Source: a candidate division WOR-3 bacterium
GTDB lineage: Bacteria > Hydrothermota > 32-111
Reading direction: 5' to 3'
Assembly (NCBI GenBank): GCA_039804105.1
Contig: JBDRZU010000001.1
Span: 768,001 to 832,000, forward strand
DNA: 64,000 nt
A program made the translations under genes and the position numbers. Below the pieces are notes generated by a model, which saw only the letters and a list, made by a program, of their open reading frames with translations, did no database searches and had not been told where the DNA came from. Positions 42,352-51,595 of this stretch are shown piece by piece; the first letter of the stretch is position 1; every line of letters starts with the position of its first letter.

Positions 42352-44706
42352 TCAGATTACAATTTTTTCGTTTTTATTCAGTTTACCAGAAATTATTATT
42401 TCGGAAAGTTTATTTTCAACAGATGTTTGAATAACCCTTTTAATAGGTCTTGCACCATATTCCATTGAATAACCCTCTTCAAGGATCTTATTTTTCGTTT
42501 TCTCACTAACTTCGAATTCGATTCCAAACTCTTTCGCTCTCTCTTTCACTTTTGCGATTTGTATTTCTATTATCTTTTGGATCTGTTCCTTTGTAAGGTT
42601 TTTGAAAACTATTATATCATCAAGTCGATTTATGAATTCAGGTTTAAAGTGATTTTTTATTTCATACATGATTTTTTCTTTGATCATATCATAATCATCT
42701 GAAAAATCTATCCTCCCTGAACCTATGTTTGATGTCATTATGATTATGGTGTTTCTGAAATCAACAAGATGTCCCTGTCCATCTGTCAACCTTCCATCAT
42801 CTAGCACTTGAAGGAGAATGTTGTAAATATCAGGATGTGCTTTTTCAATCTCATCAAAAAGAATAACAGAAAAAGGTCGTTTCCTTATAACCTCAGTAAG
42901 TTGACCGCCTTCTTCATAGCCAACATAACCTGGCGGTGCACCGATTAATCTACTGACTGAAAACTTTTCCATATACTCACTCATATCTATCCTTACAAGA
43001 GCATCCTCTATATCAAATAAAAACTCTGCTAAAGATTTTGCAACTTCAGTTTTTCCAACTCCAGTTGGTCCAACAAAAAGAAATGAACCGATAGGCCTTT
43101 TGGGATCAGATAATCCTGCTCTTGACCTTCTTATCGCATTTGAAATCTGTTTTATCGCTTCTTCCTGACCAACAACCCTTTTGTGTAACCTTTCTTCCAT
43201 TTTTAAAAGTTTCTCTTTCTCACTTTCAACCATTCTCGCAACAGGTATTCCTGTCCATTTTGAAACTATCTGAGCAACCATATCACCATCAACTTCAGTT
43301 TTCAGCTTGTTCTTTTTTATCCATTCATCCTTTTTCTTTTTCAACTCTTCAGATATTTTATCACTCTCCTTTTTCAACTCTGCTGCTTTCTCATAATCTT
43401 TTCTAATAACAGCACTCTCTCCATCCTCCTGAATCTTTTTTATTCTGTTTTCAAGAACCTTTATCTCTTCTGGCATCGAGAAGATTTGAAGTTTTAACCT
43501 TGCGGATGCCTCATCTATCAGATCTATTGCTTTATCAGGTAACCTTCTATCAGTAATATATCTATAGGATAGTTTTGCTGCTTGAACTAAAGCATCATCT
43601 GTGATCTTGACTTTATGATGTTCCTCATATTTTTTTCTGAGACCTTTTAAGATTTCGATTGTCTGATCCACACTTGGTTCTTTTACAATTATCGGTTGAA
43701 ATCTTCTTTCAAGTGCTCGGTCCTTTTCTATATATTTTCTGTATTCATCAATAGTCGTTGCACCTATAACCTGCATCTCACCTCTTGCAAGTGCTGGTTT
43801 TAACATATTTGAAGCATCAAGTGAACCTTCAGCCCTTCCAGCACCAACAAGATTATGTAGTTCATCTATGAAAAGTATTATTTTACCATTCGATTTAACT
43901 ATCTCATCAACAAGAAGTTTTAACCTCTGCTCAAATTCACCTCTAAATTGCGTTCCAGCAACGAGAGCACCCATATCGAGTCCCAGTATTTTTCTTGATT
44001 TTAAATTATCGGGAACATCACCTTCAACTATCTTTTGAGCGAGTCCCTCAACTATTGCAGTTTTTCCTACACCCGCTTCTCCAATAAGAACAGGATTATT
44101 TTTTGTTCTTCTTGAAAGAATCTCGATCGCTCTTTCAACTTCTTCTTCTCTTCCTATAACTGGATCAAGTTTTTTCAACCTTGCAAGTTCAGTAAAATCT
44201 CTTGTGTATTTTTTTAACACATTATAGTTTTTTTCAGCATTTTCACTTGTAATTCTCTGATTTCCCCTTAGATCCTGTAAAACATCATAAACCTTTTCTT
44301 TTGTGATATTATATCTTGTAAAAATATTGTTTACTGTTTTGTTTGAAATATCAAAAAGTCCAAGAAAAAGATGTTCAGATCCAAGATATTCATCCTTCAT
44401 CCTTTCTCTTTCCCGATCCGCATTATCAAAGAGTTGTTCGGTATCATAGGTAATATAAACCTGATAGCCACTTCCATGTTCTACATAGGGAAGATTATTT
44501 AACTCCTTATCAACATCATCAATTATACTTCTTCTGCTTATTTTTAATTCTTCTATGATCGATGGAACAATCGATTCATCACTCGCAAGGAGACCTCTTA
44601 AAATATGGATAGGTGTAAGTTCCGTATGTTTCTTTTGTCTTAAAATTTCCTGTGCAACACCTATCGCTGATCTTGCACCTTCAGTTATTCTATCAAAATT
44701 GATCAT
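42352..44706 (-). CDS. Hsp100/Clp AAA+ ATPase (ClpC/ClpB family)
   Basis: Clp N-domain repeats, two AAA modules ([16 protein letters not shown]), GAPPGYVG; short UVR-like middle domain; start at ATG 44706 behind GGAGG. Confidence 0.93.
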   Translation of the reverse strand: MINFDRITEGARSAIGVAQEILRQKKHTELTPIHILRGLLASDESIVPSIIEELKISRRSIIDDVDKELNNLPYVEHGSGYQVYITYDTEQLFDNADRERERMKDEYLGSEHLFLGLFDISNKTVNNIFTRYNITKEKVYDVLQDLRGNQRITSENAEKNYNVLKKYTRDFTELARLKKLDPVIGREEEVERAIEILSRRTKNNPVLIGEAGVGKTAIVEGLAQKIVEGDVPDNLKSRKILGLDMGALVAGTQFRGEFEQRLKLLVDEIVKSNGKIILFIDELHNLVGAGRAEGSLDASNMLKPALARGEMQVIGATTIDEYRKYIEKDRALERRFQPIIVKEPSVDQTIEILKGLRKKYEEHHKVKITDDALVQAAKLSYRYITDRRLPDKAIDLIDEASARLKLQIFSMPEEIKVLENRIKKIQEDGESAVIRKDYEKAAELKKESDKISEELKKKKDEWIKKNKLKTEVDGDMVAQIVSKWTGIPVARMVESEKEKLLKMEERLHKRVVGQEEAIKQISNAIRRSRAGLSDPKRPIGSFLFVGPTGVGKTEVAKSLAEFLFDIEDALVRIDMSEYMEKFSVSRLIGAPPGYVGYEEGGQLTEVIRKRPFSVILFDEIEKAHPDIYNILLQVLDDGRLTDGQGHLVDFRNTIIIMTSNIGSGRIDFSDDYDMIKEKIMYEIKNHFKPEFINRLDDIIVFKNLTKEQIQKIIEIQIAKVKERAKEFGIEFEVSEKTKNKILEEGYSMEYGARPIKRVIQTSVENKLSEIIISGKLNKNEKIVI

Positions 44707-44723
44707 ATTAAACCTCCACCCAA

Positions 44724-44751
44724 AATATAATTCTGGTAGAGGTTCTGTCAA
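44724..44751 (-). promoter_or_regulatory. Putative promoter of the Clp ATPase gene
   Basis: TTGACA-N16-TATATT followed by a GGAGG RBS. Confidence 0.65.
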
Positions 44752-44755
44752 GATT

Positions 44756-45559
44756 TCATTCTACAATGTAAGGGAAAATTATTCCATAAGTTGAATATTC
44801 CAAAGAATCATCTTCAAGTGTTTGTTTTGTGAAACCATCTATAAGCATTCTATATGTTTTTTTGATAAACGGAACTCTGAATGTCTGTATATAAACATTT
44901 TCAGAAGAGTAAACTATTTCTTTCCTTTTTAGATAAGAATGAACGAAAAACCTTGATGTTGTATCTGTTGAAAAAACTGATAACTGTATCACTGTTCCTG
45001 ATGGAAGAGAAATTATTTCGTTTTTTCCAAAATATGATGTATCCATTTTTATCATCGTATCGATTATACCATCAGCAAAAATTTTTATCGAATCAAATTT
45101 AACATCTGAATGATTTTTAGTATAAATGTATGTATTGGTAATTTTCACAAGACGCCATCCGTTATGATAATCGAGTGTTGTATCCTTTTTAAAAAAACAA
45201 TATTTTACAATTGTGTCGATATAAGGTTTTGCAATGTGAACTGTGTCTGAATCTGAAATATACCAAAGGTTCATATCACCTGGAAATATGATTTTAATTG
45301 TTGCATAAGCTGAGTCACCGATAACATCAATATCGATATCATAACTTATACTGTCATCTGCCGACTTTGTTCTGTACCAGAGGAATGGTTCTATTGGTGT
45401 TTTGACTTCAGTTGTTTCCTCATCAGCATCATAGGTTAAAAAAAGCATATCCTGTAAAGAATATATCAAATCGTCTATACTTGCTTCATCACTTTTTTTG
45501 TTGAGAGCACAGGAAAGAAAAAGTATTATTATTAAAAGCAAAAGAAAAAATTTTTTCAT
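44756..45559 (-). CDS. Hypothetical lipoprotein
   Basis: MKKFFLLLLIIILFLSC lipobox; beta-rich; no family recognised. Confidence 0.7.
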   Translation of the reverse strand: MKKFFLLLLIIILFLSCALNKKSDEASIDDLIYSLQDMLFLTYDADEETTEVKTPIEPFLWYRTKSADDSISYDIDIDVIGDSAYATIKIIFPGDMNLWYISDSDTVHIAKPYIDTIVKYCFFKKDTTLDYHNGWRLVKITNTYIYTKNHSDVKFDSIKIFADGIIDTMIKMDTSYFGKNEIISLPSGTVIQLSVFSTDTTSRFFVHSYLKRKEIVYSSENVYIQTFRVPFIKKTYRMLIDGFTKQTLEDDSLEYSTYGIIFPYIVE

Positions 45560-46074
45560 AACCTCTCCTTTTTTAAACTTTTTAAAAATGATCTTTCACC
45601 TAAAAAAAACTCCCTTGCGACATCACTTTTATAATCAGGATAAGTCCAATCAAGATATTTTATTCCATCTTTCGTGAAAATGAATGTAACCTCACAATAG
45701 ATCCCTTCCCCAAGATATATCCTATGGGAATAATTCTTTGTTGTCAGAAGTTGAACATTGTTCAAAGTTATAACACCTGGATCTATGTTTATTTTTCTTT
45801 TACCATCGATCCTGAATCTGTTTTCTATATCTATTGAAATCTTTTTCTTTTCAAAAAAAGATTCAAGTCCTATAGGTTCCTCAAAAGATATCCATTCACG
45901 GATAACATTTTCACCTATCTCATCATCATAATAATGAGAAAATTCAGAAAACTCCAAAGTTTTTGAAAAACTTTTTATTTCTCCAAAAGCATCCCTAATA
46001 TCGGATAATGCTTTGTACCTTATACCATTATCACTATAAAGTAAACCACAGAAAAGAATGTTGCTTTCCATCAA
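45556..46074 (-). CDS. DUF4416 family protein
   Basis: YYDDEIG, RKINIDPG, TTKNYSHRIYLGEGIY, WTYPDY. Confidence 0.8.
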   Translation of the reverse strand: MMESNILFCGLLYSDNGIRYKALSDIRDAFGEIKSFSKTLEFSEFSHYYDDEIGENVIREWISFEEPIGLESFFEKKKISIDIENRFRIDGKRKINIDPGVITLNNVQLLTTKNYSHRIYLGEGIYCEVTFIFTKDGIKYLDWTYPDYKSDVAREFFLGERSFLKSLKKERL

Positions 46075-46853
46075 TATATCTTTTTTAAAATGTCAAAAAG
46101 AAAAAATATGATAAATGAAGCCAAAGAAAGAAATGGGACAAAGGGAATCTCGGGATCAGGTCTTTTTCTATAATAAAAAAAATAAGCAATAAGCCCTAAA
46201 ACTCCCGCTATTATAAAAACATAAAAAATTAGAGGATAACCTATAAAAAAACCTATAAAAGATGAAACATAAATATCTCCTTCTCCCATACCTTCCTTTT
46301 TCATTACTTTTGAAGCAAGAAATCTTACAATAAAAATAAATAGACCACCAACAAACCCTCCAATTATCGATTCTTTAAAATCGAGAAACGGAAGTTTAAA
46401 AACTTCACTTTCACCTGTAACACTCAAAAGAAAAATTGAAACATATAATAAATAGATTATCACAGGTAATATAAAAATGGGAACAAAAACATTTTTTGTT
46501 TTCAAATCGATGAATGAACTTATAAGAAGTGTTGAAAACAGCATAATATAAACTATTGATAAAAGGTTGAATCCAACCTTTATGAAAATTAAAAGGAAGA
46601 TCAAACCGGTCAATAGTTCAACCACTGGGTAAACTATACTTATCTTTGCCTTACAGTACCTGCATTTCCCTCTGAGTATAATGAATGAAAGAAGTGGTAT
46701 ATTATCATACCATTTTATACTCGTTTTACAAACAGGACAAAATGATGATGGTAAAACTATAGATTTTTTTTCTGGAATTCTGTAGATTAGAACATTGAAA
46801 AAAGAACCAAAAACAAGGCCGAATACAAAAACTATAATATAGGAAAATATCAT
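46071..46853 (-). CDS. pilD: Prepilin peptidase / N-methyltransferase
   Basis: GSFFNVLIYRIP, CPVC...CRYC, FID, GMGEGD, IPFVPFL. Confidence 0.95.
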   Translation of the reverse strand: MIFSYIIVFVFGLVFGSFFNVLIYRIPEKKSIVLPSSFCPVCKTSIKWYDNIPLLSFIILRGKCRYCKAKISIVYPVVELLTGLIFLLIFIKVGFNLLSIVYIMLFSTLLISSFIDLKTKNVFVPIFILPVIIYLLYVSIFLLSVTGESEVFKLPFLDFKESIIGGFVGGLFIFIVRFLASKVMKKEGMGEGDIYVSSFIGFFIGYPLIFYVFIIAGVLGLIAYFFYYRKRPDPEIPFVPFLSLASFIIFFLFDILKKIY

Positions 46854-47632
46854 TGTTTCTCCCTTACTATAATTGTATCTTTAAAAATTTTTACTGCTAT
46901 TCCAAAAGGTAAAAAATCAAGTTTTTTCATTTCAATTTTCAAATAAACATAGATATCTTCTTTGTTCTCTTTTAGAATTTTGTTAAAATGTTCCATCAAT
47001 AGAACTATTATATTATATTTTGCTCCATCTTTTTGATATCTGTTATCTGTGTTGTTATAGATTTCACTCCATAATTTTATCGCTGTAAGATAATCTCCTT
47101 CCTTCTTTTTTGAAGCAGCTGCAAATGTTTTACAAAAATATGGGGCATCCTTTTTAGTTGAACTAAAAAGAAACCATCTGTATGCTTTTTCATAATCTTT
47201 TAGATATATGTAATACAGAAAACCTTTAACAAATGGGTTCTCCCATCTTTCAGGTAAATTTATCATGCCCTTATCAAGAAGTTTAAGTCCAAGATCTGGT
47301 TTTTTCTGATCGTAGGTTACAACTGTTCCACCAAAAGTATAACATTGTAAAAAATTTGAATCAAGATCTGTTATCACATCAAAAAGTTTATATAAAAATT
47401 GAAGATTTTTATCTGTTAACATATGTTGACCATAATATTGAACCGTTTGAAACCACATTATATTAGTGAATGTAGTTTTGTAATCAAGTGATATCTCTTT
47501 TATAAATTTCCCAGAAGGAAAATACAAAAGTTCATTTTCAAATTTTTTTTTGTTTTCAGGTAAATTTTGAAGAATGTAAGCAAAAAACATTATGAACAAA
47601 AAAAGAAGAAAAATTTTAAAAAATGCTTTCAT
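46850..47632 (-). CDS. Membrane-anchored TPR-like protein of the pilin ABC cluster (PilG/Xap-like by position)
   Basis: N-terminal TM, WFQTVQYYG, ITDLDSNF, TPR-like helices; lies between the ABC permease and pilD. Confidence 0.55.
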   Translation of the reverse strand: MKAFFKIFLLFLFIMFFAYILQNLPENKKKFENELLYFPSGKFIKEISLDYKTTFTNIMWFQTVQYYGQHMLTDKNLQFLYKLFDVITDLDSNFLQCYTFGGTVVTYDQKKPDLGLKLLDKGMINLPERWENPFVKGFLYYIYLKDYEKAYRWFLFSSTKKDAPYFCKTFAAASKKKEGDYLTAIKLWSEIYNNTDNRYQKDGAKYNIIVLLMEHFNKILKENKEDIYVYLKIEMKKLDFLPFGIAVKIFKDTIIVREKQ

Positions 47633-48399
47633 ACAAATTCTTTTTTTCTAAAAATTAAAATCGAAACATATAAAAGCAAACAGGTATAGATAAATGTATA
47701 TGAAAATGAATAAATCACGAAATTCAATGATATAGGTATATTATTGACAGCATATACTTTAATATCAAGATAGTAAAAATTTGGAATAACAAGCATTACA
47801 AATTTAAGGAAAATTTTTAAAACAAAAGTTGGGGCTTTCTGGATCAAATACGATATGTTGTTTACAAAAAAACCTGCAACATAGGTAAAAAATGTGAATA
47901 TTGAAGAAAGAACGGGTGTTGAGAATGTTGAATAGAATATCGCAATCGAAGAAAGAAGAATCGACTGCAAGAATATGTTGACTATTGAATAAAAAAGAGT
48001 TATGTTAAAAGTGATCTTGTTAATAGTAAGAATAAGAATGAAAAATAAAGATGTGAGAAAAGTGAAACAAAAAATTATCGAAAACAGTCCAAAAAATTTA
48101 CCTAAAATTATTTCATCTCTTGAAACAGGTTTAGTTATCAGAACAAAGATAGTTTTCTTTTCTATTTCCTGAAATATCAATCTTGTTCCTGAAAAAAAGA
48201 TTATGAACAATGAAAAAAGTGATATCGTTGAAAGACCGCTATCTTTTACAAGTCTATTCAGTTCACCCAACGCTAAGGGATTTAAGGTTAATGAAAGAAT
48301 TATAATCAGAAAAGATAATGCAAGGGAAAAAAATATTATTCTATGCCTCACAGATTCTTTAAAAACTATCGATGCTATAGAAAAAATTTTTTTCATCAT
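47629..48399 (-). CDS. ABC-2 type permease (PilI-like)
   Basis: Six TMs; EIEKKTIFVLITKPVSRDEIILGKF motif. Confidence 0.85.
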   Translation of the reverse strand: MMKKIFSIASIVFKESVRHRIIFFSLALSFLIIILSLTLNPLALGELNRLVKDSGLSTISLFSLFIIFFSGTRLIFQEIEKKTIFVLITKPVSRDEIILGKFFGLFSIIFCFTFLTSLFFILILTINKITFNITLFYSIVNIFLQSILLSSIAIFYSTFSTPVLSSIFTFFTYVAGFFVNNISYLIQKAPTFVLKIFLKFVMLVIPNFYYLDIKVYAVNNIPISLNFVIYSFSYTFIYTCLLLYVSILIFRKKEFV

Positions 48400-49322
48400 C
48401 TCTCCATAAGTTTCATAAAATAATCTTCAAGAGAAAACTCTCTTGGAATATATGAAACTATTTTACCATTATTTTCGTTTACGATTTTAACAATTTCAGA
48501 AGCAACATCCTCTTTTTCCACTGTGATAAAAACTTTTTTTTCATGAATAGAGAAAAATTTAGCGATCTCTTTAAACCTTTTAATTTTTTCGAGAATATTT
48601 TCGTTCGAGAAAATTTCAATATCGATTTCTTTTATTTCACGCTTTATAATTTCATGAACATATCCAGTCCCAACTATCTCACCTTTATTGATCACACAAA
48701 CCTTATCTGCGATCATCTCAATATCTGGAAGTATGTGTGTTGAAAATATGACTGTTTTACCTCTTTTTTTTGCAGTTATTATTATATCTTTTATCTCTTT
48801 TCTTCCAATAGGATCAAGTCCTGACATCGGTTCATCGAGTACCAGAAGTTGCGGATCATTTATCAAAGATACAGCGATTCCAAGACGTTGAATCATACCT
48901 TTTGAAAAAGTTCCAACTTTTGAGTTCATACTGTTTTCAAGACCGACAAGAGAAATCAAAGTTTTAATCCTATCAGATAGAATATTTTTCTCTATATTGA
49001 ACAATGTGCCAATATGTTCAAGTGTTTCATAAGTAGTTAAAAAAGGATAGAATGATGGATTTTCAGGTAGAAATCCTATCTTTTCTCTCACACACCTTTC
49101 AAAAATATTTTTTCCAAATATTGAAACTGTCCCTTCTGTTGGTTTTAAAATCCCCATGATGATTTTTAAGGTTGTTGACTTTCCAGCACCATTTGGACCA
49201 AGAAATCCAAAAATTTCATTTTCAAGAACATCAAAACTTATATCTTTTAAAGCAACAAAAGTTTTGAATGGGAATTGTGTTTTATAAATTTTTTTTACAT
49301 TTGAAATTTCTAAAATTTTCAT
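48396..49322 (-). CDS. ABC transporter ATP-binding protein (PilH-like)
   Basis: GPNGAGKST, FSKGMIQR, LDEPMSGLDP. Confidence 0.92.
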   Translation of the reverse strand: MKILEISNVKKIYKTQFPFKTFVALKDISFDVLENEIFGFLGPNGAGKSTTLKIIMGILKPTEGTVSIFGKNIFERCVREKIGFLPENPSFYPFLTTYETLEHIGTLFNIEKNILSDRIKTLISLVGLENSMNSKVGTFSKGMIQRLGIAVSLINDPQLLVLDEPMSGLDPIGRKEIKDIIITAKKRGKTVIFSTHILPDIEMIADKVCVINKGEIVGTGYVHEIIKREIKEIDIEIFSNENILEKIKRFKEIAKFFSIHEKKVFITVEKEDVASEIVKIVNENNGKIVSYIPREFSLEDYFMKLMER

Positions 49323-49338
49323 ATATTTTATTATAGCA

Positions 49339-49366
49339 AAAAAAAGGGGCTTTGAAAAGCCCCTTT
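49339..49366 (-). terminator. Intrinsic terminator after the major pilin gene
   Basis: Minus strand AAAGGGGCTT-TTCA-AAGCCCCTTT followed by a T run. Confidence 0.85.
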
Positions 49367-49388
49367 ATACAAAGTTAAAAGATAATTT

Positions 49389-49811
49389 TCACTCTGTTGT
49401 TCCAGGTGTTAAAATAAGATCAACCAAAGTATCTTTTCCAAAACCTGTAATCTTATAATCCTGTCCTGCTGCTGCTCCACCATCTGGGTTTGGTGTTTCA
49501 TATCCAACAATACCTTGAGAATTTGCTTCACTCAACCAAACATATGATCCACCATCACCTGTTGCCTGTGTATATGGGTTTTTGAAGTTCTGTGGGAGAT
49601 AACTTGTTGTAACATCTGTCTGTGGATAAACACCACCTGAATCTACTGAAATTGTCTCAATAGCAACCTGGAAAGTGTGCATGTTTGCTTTGACTGAAGA
49701 TATTTTTGCTTTGTCAATGATCTGAACAAAGTTTGGTATTGCTATTGCAGCAAGAATACCAATGATAACTACAACGATCATGAGTTCGATAAGTGTAAAA
49801 CCTTTTTTCAT
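49389..49811 (-). CDS. pilA: Type IVa pilin (probable major pilin)
   Basis: MKKG/FTLIELMIVVVIIGILAAIAIP class III signal; strong AAGGAGG RBS and its own terminator. Confidence 0.88.
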   Translation of the reverse strand: MKKGFTLIELMIVVVIIGILAAIAIPNFVQIIDKAKISSVKANMHTFQVAIETISVDSGGVYPQTDVTTSYLPQNFKNPYTQATGDGGSYVWLSEANSQGIVGYETPNPDGGAAAGQDYKITGFGKDTLVDLILTPGTTE

Positions 49812-49845
49812 TTTTCCTCCTTGTTTTAGGTTTACTTATCTTGCA

Positions 49846-49930
49846 AACAAATTTTATACCAAATTTAACATTATATTTTTGAACGATTTATGAAAATTTT
49901 AAAGAACAAAAATTTTGCATTTTGCAAAAA
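49846..49930 (-). promoter_or_regulatory. Putative sigma-54 promoter and upstream activator site of pilA
   Basis: TGGTAT-AAAAT-TTGT (GG-N10-GT, GG at 49860-49859); dyad TTTTGCA-TTT-TGCAAAA at 49913-49929. Confidence 0.6.
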
Positions 49931-50332
49931 TCAAAAAAGATGTGTCGCTGGGGTTAATTCAAGTAGAGTTGAATCAGTATTTTTTCCATATCCAGTTATT
50001 CTATAAAAATCTAAAGAACCTTCATATTCAACAACACCTTCAATATTCGTTTCCTCTGCATTCTGTATCGCAGGAGAAAGATTACTATAAGGATTTTTGA
50101 AATTCTGTGGTAAAGCATCAACAAAACCTTCAATGTTTGGAAAATATTCAAGATATGTTTTTTCTGCTGCTTTAGTCTCAACTGTCATCTGAGTTGTATG
50201 CATATTTGATACTACACTTGCAGCTTTTGCCCTATCAACAAGTTTATAAAAATTGGGAATCGCAATAGAAGTTAAGATTCCTATGATCACAACAACTATC
50301 ATCAACTCGATAAGTGTAAATCCTTTTTTCAT
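49931..50332 (-). CDS. Second type IVa pilin, paralogue of pilA
   Basis: MKKG/FTLIELMIVVVIIGILTSIAIP; shares NMHT, LPQNFKNPY and Y.ITG.GK with pilA; start placed at ATG 50332. Confidence 0.88.
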   Translation of the reverse strand: MKKGFTLIELMIVVVIIGILTSIAIPNFYKLVDRAKAASVVSNMHTTQMTVETKAAEKTYLEYFPNIEGFVDALPQNFKNPYSNLSPAIQNAEETNIEGVVEYEGSLDFYRITGYGKNTDSTLLELTPATHLF

Positions 50333-50345
50333 AGAAAAAGATAAA

Positions 50346-50430
50346 AGCAAAAAACATTCCATTTATAAGTTATGAAAATTTTTAATTTAATCAAAATTAA
50401 TTAAGTTTTTTCTTTCGCATTTTGCAAAAA
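50346..50430 (-). promoter_or_regulatory. Sigma-54 promoter and upstream activator site of the second pilin
   Basis: TGGAAT-GTTTT-TTGCT (canonical GG-N10-GC, GG at 50360-50359); TTTCGCATTTTGCAAAAA at 50413-50430. Confidence 0.7.
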
Positions 50431-50479
50431 AGTAAAAAATTTTTCTTTTATTTTTTTCTTTTAATGTTATAATTTACTT

Positions 50480-51595
50480 ATGAAAAAAATTCTTATATTA
50501 ACATTTTCTGATATAAAATCGGATTCCAGAGTTTTAAGATACCTAAAATCTTTTGATGAAACTTACACTGTTTATCTTATCGGTAATGGAGATTTTTTAC
50601 CTGAAAATAAAAATCTTGTCTATATCAACATAAATTACAGGTCAAGAAGAAAAAACAAATCGATTTTTGAATTTTTGTATTATAATTTCTATTTGAAATA
50701 TAAAATATTTGTACTTATAAAAAATATCAAACCTGATTTTATTCATTCAAACGATTTTGAAACGTTTCTTCCATCGTATATAGCATTTTTAAATAAAAAA
50801 CATAAAATAATATATGATTCGCATGAGATATGGTGTGAAAGAGCAGGTGTAAGAAAAAATTTTGCTACAAAAATTCTCAATCTTTTTGAATATCTGATTG
50901 AAAAATCTTTCACAAAAAAGATTAAGCATTTTATTACTGTTTCAGATTCGATCAAACTTCATTTTGAAAAAACATATAAAATCAAGAATCTCTATGTGAT
51001 CAGAAATCTCCCAATTGTGAATGAACAGAGAGAAGCTGAGAGAAACATCTTTGATTCATTAAAAGATGAAAAAAGATTAAAATTTGTTTATATTGGACCT
51101 TTATCTTATGAAAGAAATATTCCATTTTTAATAGATATCTTTAAAGATTTTGAAAACGATTTTCATTTAACTTTAATCGGGAAAAATTTTTTAACATTGC
51201 CTGATTATGAAAATATAAAAATTTTTGAAAGTATAGATGAAAACAAAATCATTCCAACTTTAAAGATTTTTGATATTGGTGTTCACCCCTTAAAAATTGA
51301 TAACTTAAACCACAAATTTTCTTTACCGAACAAAATTTTTCAATATATGGCATCATCTCTTGCATTATTCGTTTATCAAAATCTTGAAACTTTAAAGATT
51401 ATAGAAAAATATAAAAATGGTTTTACTGCTGATTTTTCTGATCGTAAAGATGTTGAAAGAAAATTAAAACTTTTTAAAAATACAGATATCAAAAAAATGA
51501 AGGAAAATTCATATAGAGGTTTTGCAGAAGAGTACAATTGGGATAAGGAAAAAAAAGTTTATCAAAAAATTCTTAAAAAAATTACAAATCTTTAA
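50480..51595 (+). CDS. Glycosyltransferase family 4
   Basis: DSRV, IHSND, YDSHE, YIGPLSYER, SLPNKIFQYMAS; TGnTATAAT 6 nt before the ATG. Confidence 0.85.
   Translation: MKKILILTFSDIKSDSRVLRYLKSFDETYTVYLIGNGDFLPENKNLVYININYRSRRKNKSIFEFLYYNFYLKYKIFVLIKNIKPDFIHSNDFETFLPSYIAFLNKKHKIIYDSHEIWCERAGVRKNFATKILNLFEYLIEKSFTKKIKHFITVSDSIKLHFEKTYKIKNLYVIRNLPIVNEQREAERNIFDSLKDEKRLKFVYIGPLSYERNIPFLIDIFKDFENDFHLTLIGKNFLTLPDYENIKIFESIDENKIIPTLKIFDIGVHPLKIDNLNHKFSLPNKIFQYMASSLALFVYQNLETLKIIEKYKNGFTADFSDRKDVERKLKLFKNTDIKKMKENSYRGFAEEYNWDKEKKVYQKILKKITNL

Noticed and set aside
49389..50332. Possible electrically conductive (e-pili) pilins
   Set aside because: Hand count gives about 9% and 11% aromatic residues, which is borderline; both are full-length pilins, no cytochromes are in the window, and the criterion itself is disputed
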